Of a stretch of DNA of 64,000 nt, positions 19,781 through 29,732 are shown one piece after another. Made by a program: the position numbers and the translations under genes. Every line of letters starts with the position of its first letter. Positions within the stretch are counted from its first letter, which is position 1. Source of the DNA: Chlamydiia bacterium. Lineage in GTDB: Bacteria > Chlamydiota > Chlamydiia > Chlamydiales > 2-12-FULL-49-11. The notes below the pieces were generated by a model. It ran no database searches and was not told the origin of the DNA. It saw nothing but the letters and a program-made list of their open reading frames with translations. The DNA lies in assembly GCA_022601435.1 (NCBI GenBank), contig JAJACQ010000025.1, forward strand, positions 10,563-74,562, given 5' to 3'.

Positions 19781-21654
19781 GAAGTCTTATATCAATTATT
19801 ACAAGTGAACTACTCACAACAAAAGCAGTTAAATTCACTGATCTTTGTGTTATTAACAAAAAGATATATGTTGTAGAAACAAGACCTGAAGATAAAGGCC
19901 GCAGCGTTATTTATTCATTAAGTGATGAAAAGGATATTTTACAAGCTCCCTATTCAGCAAAAAATGGTGTTCATGAATATGGTGGAAAAACTCTTTGTGG
20001 AGATAAAGAAGCATTTTATTTTACAAATAAGAAAGATGGGCAGATCTATAAAATTGCAAATGACAAAACTAGAAAATTAACAGATTCCCCTAAAATGCGT
20101 TTTGCAGAACCTACAATTTACAATGATTATATATTCTCAGTGTTTGAAGATCATTCTGATGAGGAGACTATTAAAAATGGAATTATGCGAATTCATAAAG
20201 ACTCAGGAAAGCTTAATATTATTGAATCTGAACATGATTTTTATGCAGGTGTGCGAATCTCCCCTAATGGAAAATATTTAGCTTATTTCACATGGGATTT
20301 TCCTAATATGTCTTGGGATGAGGCAGATGTTTGGAAAATTTCATTATCCGATACTCAGGAAGTAATTTCCAAAAAAATGATTTCACAAAAAGGAGATACT
20401 TCTTCATGTGATCCTATCTTCACCGAGGATAATCAACTTTTATTTATTTCTGATGAAACTGGTTTCTGGAATATCTATAATGAAAACGGGTCTTGTTTAT
20501 TAAATAAAGATGCCGATTTTACAAAACCACATTGGAAATTAGGAAATAAACTTTATACTCCGATTTCTGAAGAAAAAATTGCTACAGTGTTTACGGAAAA
20601 TGCTATCGATCGATTAGGAGTCATTTCAAATAATAAACTAGACATTCTAGATCTTCCCTTCTCAACCTACATGTCACTTATTCATAGTAACAATAAGCTA
20701 TATTTTATAGCTGCATCCCCCTCTCACAATCAAGGTGTTTTTAGTTATGATTTAAACTCTAAAGAATTAATAGAATTGAAATCATCAAAGAAAAATGATC
20801 TTGATGAATCTTGGATATCAATTCCCTCTCAGGTAGCCTTTGAAACCAGACATAATGAAACTTCATATGGCTTCTTCTACCCTCCAAAAAATCCGAATTA
20901 TGATTTTGGTGATGAAAAACCTCCATTATTATTAATTTCTCATGGCGGACCTACAGGTCACAATCCCCCGCAATTTAGTTTAGAAATTCAATACTGGACT
21001 TCTCGTGGATTTGCGGTTGTGGATGTAAATTATAGTGGAAGTACAGGATTTGGTCGCAAGTACAGAAATCGTCTATATGGAAATTGGGGTATAAAAGATG
21101 TGGATGATTGTGAAGATTGTGCTTTGTTTTTAGCAAAAGAGGGTCTAGTAGATGGAAATCGTATGGTTGTTCGTGGAGGAAGCGCTGGTGGCTACACAAC
21201 GCTTGCTCTATTAACTTTTAGAGACTCCTTTGTTGCTGGAGCAAGTTATTTTGGGGTTAGTGATATTGGAATGCTTGTTGAAGACACTCACAAATTTGAA
21301 TCTCAATATTTTGAAAAAATTGTAGGTAAATATCCTGAAGATAAAGCCATCTATGATGAACGTTCCCCTCTTCACCATACAGACAAACTAAAAAAACCAA
21401 TTTTAATTTTACAGGGAAGTGAAGATAAAGTTGTTCCACAAAATCAAGCTGAGAAAATGTATAAAGCTCTTTTAGAGAAAAATATCCCTACAGCTTATTT
21501 ACTTTTTGAGGGTGAAGGTCATGGTTTTGTTCAAAAGAAAAATATTATTAAATCTATTGATAGTGAGTTGTATTTTTATCAAACAATTTTCAATCAGAAG
21601 CAAACTTTTGAGACCCCACCCTTAATTATAGATAATGTAAAATCTTTACAGTAA
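19774..21654 (+). CDS. S9 family peptidase (dipeptidyl/acylaminoacyl peptidase)
   Basis: HGGPT, GSTGFGR, GGSAGG nucleophile, QGSEDKVVP, GEGHGF. Confidence 0.93.
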   Translation: MLGSLISIITSELLTTKAVKFTDLCVINKKIYVVETRPEDKGRSVIYSLSDEKDILQAPYSAKNGVHEYGGKTLCGDKEAFYFTNKKDGQIYKIANDKTRKLTDSPKMRFAEPTIYNDYIFSVFEDHSDEETIKNGIMRIHKDSGKLNIIESEHDFYAGVRISPNGKYLAYFTWDFPNMSWDEADVWKISLSDTQEVISKKMISQKGDTSSCDPIFTEDNQLLFISDETGFWNIYNENGSCLLNKDADFTKPHWKLGNKLYTPISEEKIATVFTENAIDRLGVISNNKLDILDLPFSTYMSLIHSNNKLYFIAASPSHNQGVFSYDLNSKELIELKSSKKNDLDESWISIPSQVAFETRHNETSYGFFYPPKNPNYDFGDEKPPLLLISHGGPTGHNPPQFSLEIQYWTSRGFAVVDVNYSGSTGFGRKYRNRLYGNWGIKDVDDCEDCALFLAKEGLVDGNRMVVRGGSAGGYTTLALLTFRDSFVAGASYFGVSDIGMLVEDTHKFESQYFEKIVGKYPEDKAIYDERSPLHHTDKLKKPILILQGSEDKVVPQNQAEKMYKALLEKNIPTAYLLFEGEGHGFVQKKNIIKSIDSELYFYQTIFNQKQTFETPPLIIDNVKSLQ

Positions 21655-21681
21655 TTTTATCTACTTAAAAAGTTTAGGGTT

Positions 21682-22974
21682 ATGTTATTATATAACCTTA
21701 TGAAATTTTTAATTAAGATTTGTTTACTACTTTCTATAAATTCTCTTGTATTTTCAAAAGAATCGCATTTTTGTAGTTTTCCAAAGATTTCCCTTTCTGA
21801 ATTAATTAAATATACTGGGAAGATTGCAGAAGTTAATTTTATCGCTGATGATAATGATTTAGATATTAATGTCGCTTTTATATCTCAAAGCTCTAGGTCA
21901 AGTGATCAGATATTAAAAGATGTCCTTCTACTTATTAAAGAGCAAGGATTAGAAGTTATTAAAAACGATGATTCTTATTTGATTAAAAAACCAAAAAAGC
22001 TCGCATTAAAGTCTATCCCTAAAAAAGAATTTGATCTTTATAAACTTAAATACCATTCAGGTGAAGAGATTGTCGCTCACCTTAAAAACATAAAATCTTC
22101 ATTAAGTGAAAACCCTTCTGACCAAGATCTTAAAATAACTCTTTCTACTATTCAATGGGTAAAATCGTCAAATACACTGTTTTTCTCTGCAAATCCAGAT
22201 GTCTCTAAGAGATTAAAAGATTTAATAGAAAAAATCGACACTCCCTTAAAGCAAGTGTACGTTGAAGTATTAGTGCTTGAAACAGAAGTAAAAAATGGGC
22301 AGGATTTTGGCGTTTCTTGGCAAAACTCCCCTTCTGCTGACATCTTAAAAGCTTGTAAGGACTCTCTTTCACAAGGCAGCACAATGTCCATCATTGGAGA
22401 TGCAATCATTAATGGTAAAAAGATTTTTTCTGAAATCAGCTCTTTTGTGAAATTTTTAGAATCAGACACCAATACAAATATTGTTTTAAATCAAAAAATC
22501 CTAGCTCGTGAGAATAAACCCTCAAAGATATTTGAAGGAGATAATGTTCCTTTTGCAGGATCTATTGTGGAACTTACAGGCACAAATCAGCGCACTACAT
22601 CTAATATTGAATATAAAGATATTGGAGTACTTCTTAACTTAACTCCTATGATTAGTGATAATGGAATTATTACTCTTTCAATTGATGAACAGATTACAGA
22701 AAGTCATGACTACTTAATAGATAATTCAACTAACTTAAGTGGGATAAAAACTTCTAAAACACAAATGACAACAGAGGCTCATATTCCAGATAATCATTTT
22801 CTAGTCCTTTCTGGAATGTCTAGAAAAGTTAAATCTAAAAGAATCACTGGTGTTCCAATTTTAAGATCTATTCCACTTCTAGGAAGGCTTTTTTCTTCTG
22901 AGAAGAATGTAGAGCAAAAGAAAAATTTAATTATATTTGTAAGACCACATATTGTGAACAATTCAAGCGCCTAA
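21682..22974 (+). CDS. Secretin, short SctC/CdsC-like (GspD superfamily)
   Basis: IDTPLKQVYVEVLVLE..DFGVSW, IEYKDIGVLLNLTP, GVPILRSIPLLGRLFS, LIIFVRPHIV; true start may be the second Met (MKFLIK). Confidence 0.85.
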   Translation: MLLYNLMKFLIKICLLLSINSLVFSKESHFCSFPKISLSELIKYTGKIAEVNFIADDNDLDINVAFISQSSRSSDQILKDVLLLIKEQGLEVIKNDDSYLIKKPKKLALKSIPKKEFDLYKLKYHSGEEIVAHLKNIKSSLSENPSDQDLKITLSTIQWVKSSNTLFFSANPDVSKRLKDLIEKIDTPLKQVYVEVLVLETEVKNGQDFGVSWQNSPSADILKACKDSLSQGSTMSIIGDAIINGKKIFSEISSFVKFLESDTNTNIVLNQKILARENKPSKIFEGDNVPFAGSIVELTGTNQRTTSNIEYKDIGVLLNLTPMISDNGIITLSIDEQITESHDYLIDNSTNLSGIKTSKTQMTTEAHIPDNHFLVLSGMSRKVKSKRITGVPILRSIPLLGRLFSSEKNVEQKKNLIIFVRPHIVNNSSA

Positions 22975-23340
22975 AATGGAAATCATTCTTACTCGAATTT
23001 CCTGAAGCATTTCATTAAAACCATCAAGCAAATCTAATGCACCTTGAATAGCCTCTTCTTCTAAATCTAACTTATCGAGCTTTTCAATAGCTAATTTAAT
23101 TTTTTTAATACAAAATACAAATGCTACAAAAGTCAATTTTGGATTAGAACCCTCTGGTTTTAGAATCTCAGAAAAGGGATTAAAACCTTTGGGAATATCA
23201 AAAAGTTCCTCTAAAGCATAAGGAACGATCTCATCATGTGATATAGATACACTTTTAGGCACCTCTAAAGCTATATTTGGATCTATATAGGTTTCTAAAC
23301 CATCGATTGGCTTAGATTCAATGTATTCAACGCTAGACAT
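22963..23340 (-). CDS. Hypothetical protein, weakly DUF5399 (CT273)-like
   Basis: 125-aa acidic ORF; C-terminal EEEAIQGALDLLDGFNEMLQEIRVRMISILG recalls the DUF5399 C-terminus. Confidence 0.5.
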   Translation of the reverse strand: MSSVEYIESKPIDGLETYIDPNIALEVPKSVSISHDEIVPYALEELFDIPKGFNPFSEILKPEGSNPKLTFVAFVFCIKKIKLAIEKLDKLDLEEEAIQGALDLLDGFNEMLQEIRVRMISILGA

Positions 23341-23367
23341 AAGTGTATATTATACATTATAACTCAT

Positions 23368-24903
23368 TTAAATAGAAGTGGTACTCTCTTTTTTGGCTCC
23401 AAATAAAGATATAATCATCAAAAATAAACAAATATATCCCATAACATTATTAAGTTCTACAAATGCAAAAGTTTCCGTTTGAGATTCAATCAAAGATTCC
23501 AAATAATTCTGAGCACTTGTTAAGTCTGGGATATATCTAGTAATATCTTCAAAATAGGCTCTTGATACCTCTTTATACTCATTAAAAGTTGTTGCAAAAT
23601 TAGTTTGCTGATGAATTCCACGCCTTATGTAAAGTGTGGTATAAATAGATGTACCAATTCCTCCAGATAAGCTCCTTAAAAAATGAAAGATCCCTAACCC
23701 TGCTGCTAAATCTCTATCTTCTAAAGAATTTGAGACCATAGAAATTGTTGGAACCATCCAAAAACTTAACCCAAAACCAAAAATTACTCGAGACATTGCT
23801 ATATGAAAGAAACTAATCATGGGAACAAAATTAGCTGCATAAAAACATCCTAAAGCCATCCAAAAAAAACCTGCTGCTATAAGTATTACATGTCTTTTTA
23901 CTACAGTCATAAGCCTTCCTACAATCACAGCTCCTGTTAAGGATCCTATGCCCATAGGAGCTACTGCAAGACCCGCTAAATAAGAAGTGTACCCTAAAAC
24001 ATCCTCAAGCCATAAAGGGAAAATAACAACAGCTGCAAAATACAATGAGTAAGCAAAAAAGATAATAAAACAAGAGATTGTAAATCTTCTATTTTTAAAA
24101 AGGTTTAACTTAAATAGAGGTTTTTCTGAGATAAAACTCCACATTAAAATATAGGCAATTGATAAAAAAGCTATTATTGACAGTACTCTTACGCGATATG
24201 AAAGCCACCAATCCCATTGCTGCCCTTTATCTAAAAATAATTGCAAACATGTCATACCAAAAAAGAGTAAGAAAAATGTCACCCAATCAAAACCTTCCTT
24301 TGTTGTTTCATCTTTAAAGTCTTTCATTAATAGAGCCATTAAAAAAACACTTATCACTCCAATTGGAATGTTGATATAAAAAATCCATCTCCATAGATAA
24401 TTATAACAAATATAACCCCCTACAACTGGGCCAATTACAGGAGCCACCATCACAATTAGTGAAAAAACAGTGGCAATAAGATCAACTTTTTCACGATATA
24501 ACTTTGTAAGAATTCCTTGAGATAAAGGTATCAAAGGCCCTGCCGCTGCTCCTTGCAAAAACCGCGCAACCACTAAAGTTACTAATGTAGGTGCTGCTGC
24601 ACAAGTAAAAGAAAAGAATGTAAATAAAATAGCTGCCCAAATAATGACCTTTGCATCACCAAACATCTTTACAAGCCATGATGTCATAGGAAGAAATATA
24701 GCATTCCCCACAGAGAAAAATGTAATTACATATGTTCCTTGACTTGTACTAACACCTAAACCTCCTGCGATATATGGAACAGCAACATTTGCAATTGTAT
24801 AATCAAGAACAAACATAAATGCTACTAAACATAGCGCAAAACTTAAGACTATTTTTTGAGAAGATGTAAGGTTTTCACCTAAGCTACTTACGTTCTCTTG
24901 CAA
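23368..24903 (-). CDS. emrB: DHA2 family multidrug efflux permease
   Basis: LDYTIANVAVPYIAGGLG..QGTYVIT, GPLIPLSQ, WRWIFYINIPIG, LDKGQQWDW. Confidence 0.92.
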   Translation of the reverse strand: MQENVSSLGENLTSSQKIVLSFALCLVAFMFVLDYTIANVAVPYIAGGLGVSTSQGTYVITFFSVGNAIFLPMTSWLVKMFGDAKVIIWAAILFTFFSFTCAAAPTLVTLVVARFLQGAAAGPLIPLSQGILTKLYREKVDLIATVFSLIVMVAPVIGPVVGGYICYNYLWRWIFYINIPIGVISVFLMALLMKDFKDETTKEGFDWVTFFLLFFGMTCLQLFLDKGQQWDWWLSYRVRVLSIIAFLSIAYILMWSFISEKPLFKLNLFKNRRFTISCFIIFFAYSLYFAAVVIFPLWLEDVLGYTSYLAGLAVAPMGIGSLTGAVIVGRLMTVVKRHVILIAAGFFWMALGCFYAANFVPMISFFHIAMSRVIFGFGLSFWMVPTISMVSNSLEDRDLAAGLGIFHFLRSLSGGIGTSIYTTLYIRRGIHQQTNFATTFNEYKEVSRAYFEDITRYIPDLTSAQNYLESLIESQTETFAFVELNNVMGYICLFLMIISLFGAKKESTTSI

Positions 24904-26059
24904 GGACTCTCACCTCCTCGGATATCATTCCAGCAAAAGTTCTATTTTGCCGGAAAATCTCATCAATTATTCTCTGTGAGCCTTTTTCCTGTTCTTTAAA
25001 TACATTGGTTTCCCAAAGAGGCGCTTGATCTTTAATGGGAGTTGGTAATTTTAAGCCATCAACATCTTTTACATTAATTGTTACATTCATTGAAAGTCCA
25101 AGCCTTAAAGGATATTTTTTTAAAACAGCAGAATCTAAACTCACCCTCACTGGGACACGTTGAACTATTTTTATCCAGTTGCCAGTTGCGTTTTGAGGGG
25201 GTATAGGAGAAAATACTGCTCCAGTCCCTCCTGCTATTCCTAAAACTGTTCCATTGTAAACGACACTGCTTCCATAAAAATCAGAAGTCATACTTACTTG
25301 TTGACCTATACGGATTTTATCCATATGGATTTCTTTATAGTTTGCATCTACCCAAATCTCATCTAAGGGTACAATTGCTAAAAGTTGAGAAGAAGGTGAG
25401 ATCGCTTCCCCTACCTGAACACCGCGCTGAGCAATAATTCCTGATGCAGGTGCTTTTATAATACATCTTTGTAAATTCACATATGATCTTTTTACAACAT
25501 CTGCAGCAGCCAAAACTTTAGGATGAGTTTGAACAGTTGTATTCTCTACTAAAGAGACAGCTTTTCTTAAATTAAAGAAAGCAGCTTCAAGAGCAGCAGC
25601 GGCACCTTCTAGTGTTGTTTTAGAGTGAATGTAATCTTCTTTTGAAACAGCGCCAGATGGAACTAAAGCTTCTCTATCAATAAAATCAACCTCAGCCCGC
25701 ATAAACTCAGCTTCTCTTTCTTTTACTATAGCTGCATTTCTATACACATTTTCAAAAAGCTCTGTGACCTCTCTTATTGTTAAGGCAAGATCTGAAACAG
25801 CTTTATTAAATGCGATCTTGTTATCAGTCTCATCTAAAGTAACTAAAATTTGTCCCTGTTCAACATATTGAGTTTCTTTACAATAAACAGCAGAAACATA
25901 ACCTGAGATTTGAGGAGTTAGCCTTACTTGGTTTCCGTGAACATATGCATCGCGTGTAAAATCCTCAAAGCGGCCCCAAAAAAGCCACCAGATGAAAATT
26001 CCTAAACCAATTAAAACAACTACGGCAGAGAAAAGAATGATCTTCTTTTTATTTTGCAT
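24884..26059 (-). CDS. emrA: EmrA/HlyD family membrane fusion protein
   Basis: TRDAYVHGNQV, WVDANYKE, PPQNATGNWIKIVQRVPVR; start placed at ATG 26059 (MQNKKK) behind AGGAGAGG. Confidence 0.92.
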   Translation of the reverse strand: MQNKKKIILFSAVVVLIGLGIFIWWLFWGRFEDFTRDAYVHGNQVRLTPQISGYVSAVYCKETQYVEQGQILVTLDETDNKIAFNKAVSDLALTIREVTELFENVYRNAAIVKEREAEFMRAEVDFIDREALVPSGAVSKEDYIHSKTTLEGAAAALEAAFFNLRKAVSLVENTTVQTHPKVLAAADVVKRSYVNLQRCIIKAPASGIIAQRGVQVGEAISPSSQLLAIVPLDEIWVDANYKEIHMDKIRIGQQVSMTSDFYGSSVVYNGTVLGIAGGTGAVFSPIPPQNATGNWIKIVQRVPVRVSLDSAVLKKYPLRLGLSMNVTINVKDVDGLKLPTPIKDQAPLWETNVFKEQEKGSQRIIDEIFRQNRTFAGMISEEVRVLARERK

Positions 26060-27491
26060 TCCTCTCCTTTTCCTCTTTCTCAGTCTCCTTAAACCCACCA
26101 CCTAATGAATTAATAAAAGAAATATAAGCTATAGCTTTTTGTCTTTCTCTTTCAATTAAAAGAGCCTTATTCTCTAAATAAACCTCATCAAACTTAAGAA
26201 CCGAGATCATAGAGGATACACCATGAGAAAATCTTAAAAACTCTAACTTATAGTTTTTCTTTGCAAGCTCTAACTTTTTTCGTTGAACCTCTTCTCTTTC
26301 GATAGTTTCAGTAAATTTAATTACTGTATCCCTTACATCTTTAGCCGCTTTTAAAAATAGATCATTAAATTCGTAAACAGATGCTTCATAAGCATCTTTA
26401 CTCTTTCTCCAATTAGCAAGTAATCTGCCACCTGTAAAAAGTGGTTGTGTTATTTCTGGAAATAAAAGATTTGCAAAAGAATCACCTTTAAAGAGATTTT
26501 CACCTTTATTTGTAACTAGTGCAGGCGCTTCCATAATTGTTACATCTGGTAAAAACTCTGTGACAGCAACACCAATTTCTAAGGCATTTTTCTTAGTCAC
26601 CCATAACGAGGAAAGAAGATCTGGTCTACGAGATAATAATGTTGTGGTTATTTTTTCTGGAAGTTCCAATTTATATTTAACAACCTCATACGGTTTTTTT
26701 GTTTTTACTTCATTTTCTGGATTCACTCCTATTAAAATATTAATCAACGATTGTTGTAATAAAATCTCACTATTTACCGCAAGAAGCGCTTCTTGTATTC
26801 CTTTTACATTTTGTTTTGAACTTTGGGCTTGTATTTCATTATCTATTCGATTCTTTTTACGAAGCTCAATTAAAGCAGAGTGCTTTTCTTTTTTAGATAG
26901 CATTTGCTCAATGACTTCTTTTTTAGATTTCATAGCCACTAAAGTAAAATAACTTTTAGCAATCGATGTTGTTAATATAAGTTTTGATTGTTCATACTGC
27001 ATTCGTGTTGCATGCATCGTTCCTAATGCTGCTTTATATTTCTTTTGGTTTTTCATCCAAAAATCAAACTCATAGGTGAAGTTAAATAGTAAGTTATATA
27101 AGAAACTATTTTGTTTTGAATCTGGTAAAATTTCCTGTAGAAAATGCGCATCAGTTAAATATAACCAGAGATACTGAAAAACACCTGATATTTCAGGAAA
27201 TAATTTTGAACGTGTCATCATAGCTGTTTCGTTTGCCACATCAACTCGCTTTTTTAACCCATTTAAACCAGGGTTTCTAGCAAGAGCTGTTTTGATTAAA
27301 CAAGAAAGACAATCATCACGAAACTCTTCATACCAATTTTGATCAGGGTAATCCCCTTCTGCAAATAAATCTGTATCTAAGGCTTCTTTCACTGTTTTAG
27401 TTAATGAAATATCTTTAGTTAAAGAAACCTTTTCACCCTTTCCAAGGCAAGAAGTAAATAAAACACAAATTAAAATCAATTTTCTTCTCAT
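26049..27491 (-). CDS. Outer-membrane efflux lipoprotein (NodT/TolC family)
   Basis: Lipobox FTSC; YEFDFW, LLSRRPDL, QPLFTGGRL, SLGGGF. Confidence 0.9.
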   Translation of the reverse strand: MRRKLILICVLFTSCLGKGEKVSLTKDISLTKTVKEALDTDLFAEGDYPDQNWYEEFRDDCLSCLIKTALARNPGLNGLKKRVDVANETAMMTRSKLFPEISGVFQYLWLYLTDAHFLQEILPDSKQNSFLYNLLFNFTYEFDFWMKNQKKYKAALGTMHATRMQYEQSKLILTTSIAKSYFTLVAMKSKKEVIEQMLSKKEKHSALIELRKKNRIDNEIQAQSSKQNVKGIQEALLAVNSEILLQQSLINILIGVNPENEVKTKKPYEVVKYKLELPEKITTTLLSRRPDLLSSLWVTKKNALEIGVAVTEFLPDVTIMEAPALVTNKGENLFKGDSFANLLFPEITQPLFTGGRLLANWRKSKDAYEASVYEFNDLFLKAAKDVRDTVIKFTETIEREEVQRKKLELAKKNYKLEFLRFSHGVSSMISVLKFDEVYLENKALLIERERQKAIAYISFINSLGGGFKETEKEEKERNAK

Positions 27492-27571
27492 AATTTTCTA
27501 ATAAGTAAAAAAATACTTTAAAACAAATAAATTCGTTATTTTATTTCAGAAAAAAAACATCTTAATATGAT

Positions 27572-28534
27572 CTATACAAAACTCTTCTTAATGCATTCTA
27601 AGAGTTCTTTAACTTTAGTTTGGGGGCTTTTATTACGAAGAGTATTTTTGATTAAAATCGAAATGATTTCTTTATATGAATATCCATCTTTGATTAATGC
27701 CTTTGGATAAAGACTATCAGGAGTAAATCCGGGAATTGTATTTACCTCCATTACTTGAATTTCGCCATCTTCTTTTAAGAAAAAATCAACCCTTGCCATA
27801 CCTTTACATCCAAGCACTTTAAAAGCCTTTTTCGCACACTTTTGAAATCTATTCTTATCAACATTTTCAGCTGGAAGAAAATATTTCGCACCCAATTCAG
27901 TATACTTTGTTTCATATGTATGTATTTCTGCATTTGGAATTAACTCACATGGTGACGAACAAATAATATTATCACCTTCTTGCAAAACACTACACCAAAT
28001 TTCTCTTCCTTGAATATACTCTTCAACTAACACTTTTTTTCCAAGCTTGAAAGCTTCAATTAAAGCACTCTCTGGATGATCAAGAACTTTATAGACTCCA
28101 AATGTCGAACCAAGAGATGATGATTTTATAATACAAGGTGTAGAAATTTCATCACCTAATGCCTCTGTCAAAGAAAAGTAAGTCTTAAATGGTGTGGTTT
28201 TAATGCCGTGAGTTTCTAATACCCGTTTTGAAAGATCTTTATCCATGCAGATTGCTGATGAGTCCACCCCACATCCTACATAAGGAATATTATTCATTTC
28301 TAAAAAACCCTGAAATGTACCATTCTCTCCGGACCCACCGTGAAATAAAGGGAAAATCACAGAGCATTCTTTTAATGCAGAAATAATATCATTAATTCTG
28401 AAGCCATCTTTATACCAATTTCCATCTTTGTCTAAAAAAAACCTTACAGCATTTACTTCTTTACAAAAAGCATCTGTACTCATCACAGAAATATCATGTT
28501 CTAATGAATTACCACCATAAACAACGCCGATCAT
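27572..28534 (-). CDS. ddl: D-alanine--D-alanine ligase
   Basis: YGGNSLEHDIS, HGGSGENGTFQG, CMDK, YETKY, ARVDFF, EVNTIPGFT. Confidence 0.93.
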   Translation of the reverse strand: MIGVVYGGNSLEHDISVMSTDAFCKEVNAVRFFLDKDGNWYKDGFRINDIISALKECSVIFPLFHGGSGENGTFQGFLEMNNIPYVGCGVDSSAICMDKDLSKRVLETHGIKTTPFKTYFSLTEALGDEISTPCIIKSSSLGSTFGVYKVLDHPESALIEAFKLGKKVLVEEYIQGREIWCSVLQEGDNIICSSPCELIPNAEIHTYETKYTELGAKYFLPAENVDKNRFQKCAKKAFKVLGCKGMARVDFFLKEDGEIQVMEVNTIPGFTPDSLYPKALIKDGYSYKEIISILIKNTLRNKSPQTKVKELLECIKKSFV

Positions 28535-28618
28535 TTAGCCCCCTAAAAACATTTATCATAGTAAAACTTTGGATTATTTGCACTTGAAAAGAGTTGTTGT
28601 TCTGCTTACAATGAATAC

Positions 28619-29185
28619 ATGAATGCAATAGACATATTAAAAAATGATGAAGTCATTATCCACCCTACAGATACTGTGTATGGGATCTCTGGACTTTATA
28701 GCTCAGAAATTGCTTATAAAAAAATTTATTCTATAAAAAATAGATCATTTAACAAACCTCTCGGAGTTTTAATTTCTTCTCTGTCTCAAATTCCTACTTT
28801 CACTGATGTGGCGTTGGATGAAATTAAAACTGTAATACCCTTCTTAAACCAAGGAATGACCATTCTTTTAAAATTAAAACAAAGCGCCCCTTCTCATTTA
28901 AAAAAGCAAAGTGATTTTATAGGGCTTCGCATCCCCCAACACCCTGAAACACAAAATTTAATCAATATTACAGGTCCATTAATCTGTACCTCCGCTAATC
29001 TTTCCGGTGAAAATCCCATCACTTCTAAAGATGAAGCTCGTAAATTTTTCCAAGGTGTTTTTATTTTAAATGGTGAATCACCCAAAAGCCACACCCCTTC
29101 AACGATTATAAAATATGAAGATGGTAAATATACCTTAATTAGAGAGGGACACATCCAAATAAATGACTATAAATGTTTGTTTTAA
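28619..29185 (+). CDS. tsaC: L-threonylcarbamoyladenylate synthase (TsaC/YrdC)
   Basis: PTDTVYGI, IYSIKNR, GLRIP, TSANLSG, PSTII. Confidence 0.92.
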   Translation: MNAIDILKNDEVIIHPTDTVYGISGLYSSEIAYKKIYSIKNRSFNKPLGVLISSLSQIPTFTDVALDEIKTVIPFLNQGMTILLKLKQSAPSHLKKQSDFIGLRIPQHPETQNLINITGPLICTSANLSGENPITSKDEARKFFQGVFILNGESPKSHTPSTIIKYEDGKYTLIREGHIQINDYKCLF

Positions 29186-29280
29186 AAACTCAAAACGTGT
29201 AAAATATAGAGGTTTTTGAAAAAAACCTTTTCAATTTAAAACCTATAAATTAAAATAAAAACTATAACAAAGGATTTCTT

Positions 29281-29712
29281 ATGTCAAAACAAGCGCAAAG
29301 CGGTGATACAGTTCATATACACTATAAAGGTACATTAGAAGATGGAACTACATTTGATACATCTTATGACAGAAATGAACCCCTAAAATTTAAGCTCGGT
29401 CAAAAGGAAGTTATTGAAGGTTTTGAAAAAGCTTGCCTAGGTATGGCTGTTGGTGAGAAAAAGGATGTTAAAATCCCACCTAAAGAAGCTTATGGAGAGT
29501 ACTCAAAGGAACTTGTTCAACAAGTCGAAAAAAAGTATTTCCCAGAAGACATTGAATTAACAATCGGTCAAGAGTTTATGATTGGTGGTAATGAGTTCCA
29601 AACAATGGCACGTATTACTGGAATAAAAGGTGAAGAAATTACTTTAGATGCAAATCCTAGACTTGCAGGAAAAACACTTAATTTTTCAATTGAACTTGTA
29701 GATATTACTTAA
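29281..29712 (+). CDS. FKBP-type peptidyl-prolyl isomerase with insert-in-flap domain (SlyD/SlpA-like, no His-rich tail)
   Basis: VHIHYKGTLEDGTTFDTS, IPPKEAYG, LDANPRLAGKTLNFSIEL. Confidence 0.92.
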   Translation: MSKQAQSGDTVHIHYKGTLEDGTTFDTSYDRNEPLKFKLGQKEVIEGFEKACLGMAVGEKKDVKIPPKEAYGEYSKELVQQVEKKYFPEDIELTIGQEFMIGGNEFQTMARITGIKGEEITLDANPRLAGKTLNFSIELVDIT

Positions 29713-29732
29713 ATAAGACTATAATTCCTTCC

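Noticed and set aside
26060-26101. Extended N-terminus of emrA from GTG at 26101
   Set aside because: It overlaps the upstream gene; a strong RBS precedes ATG at 26059
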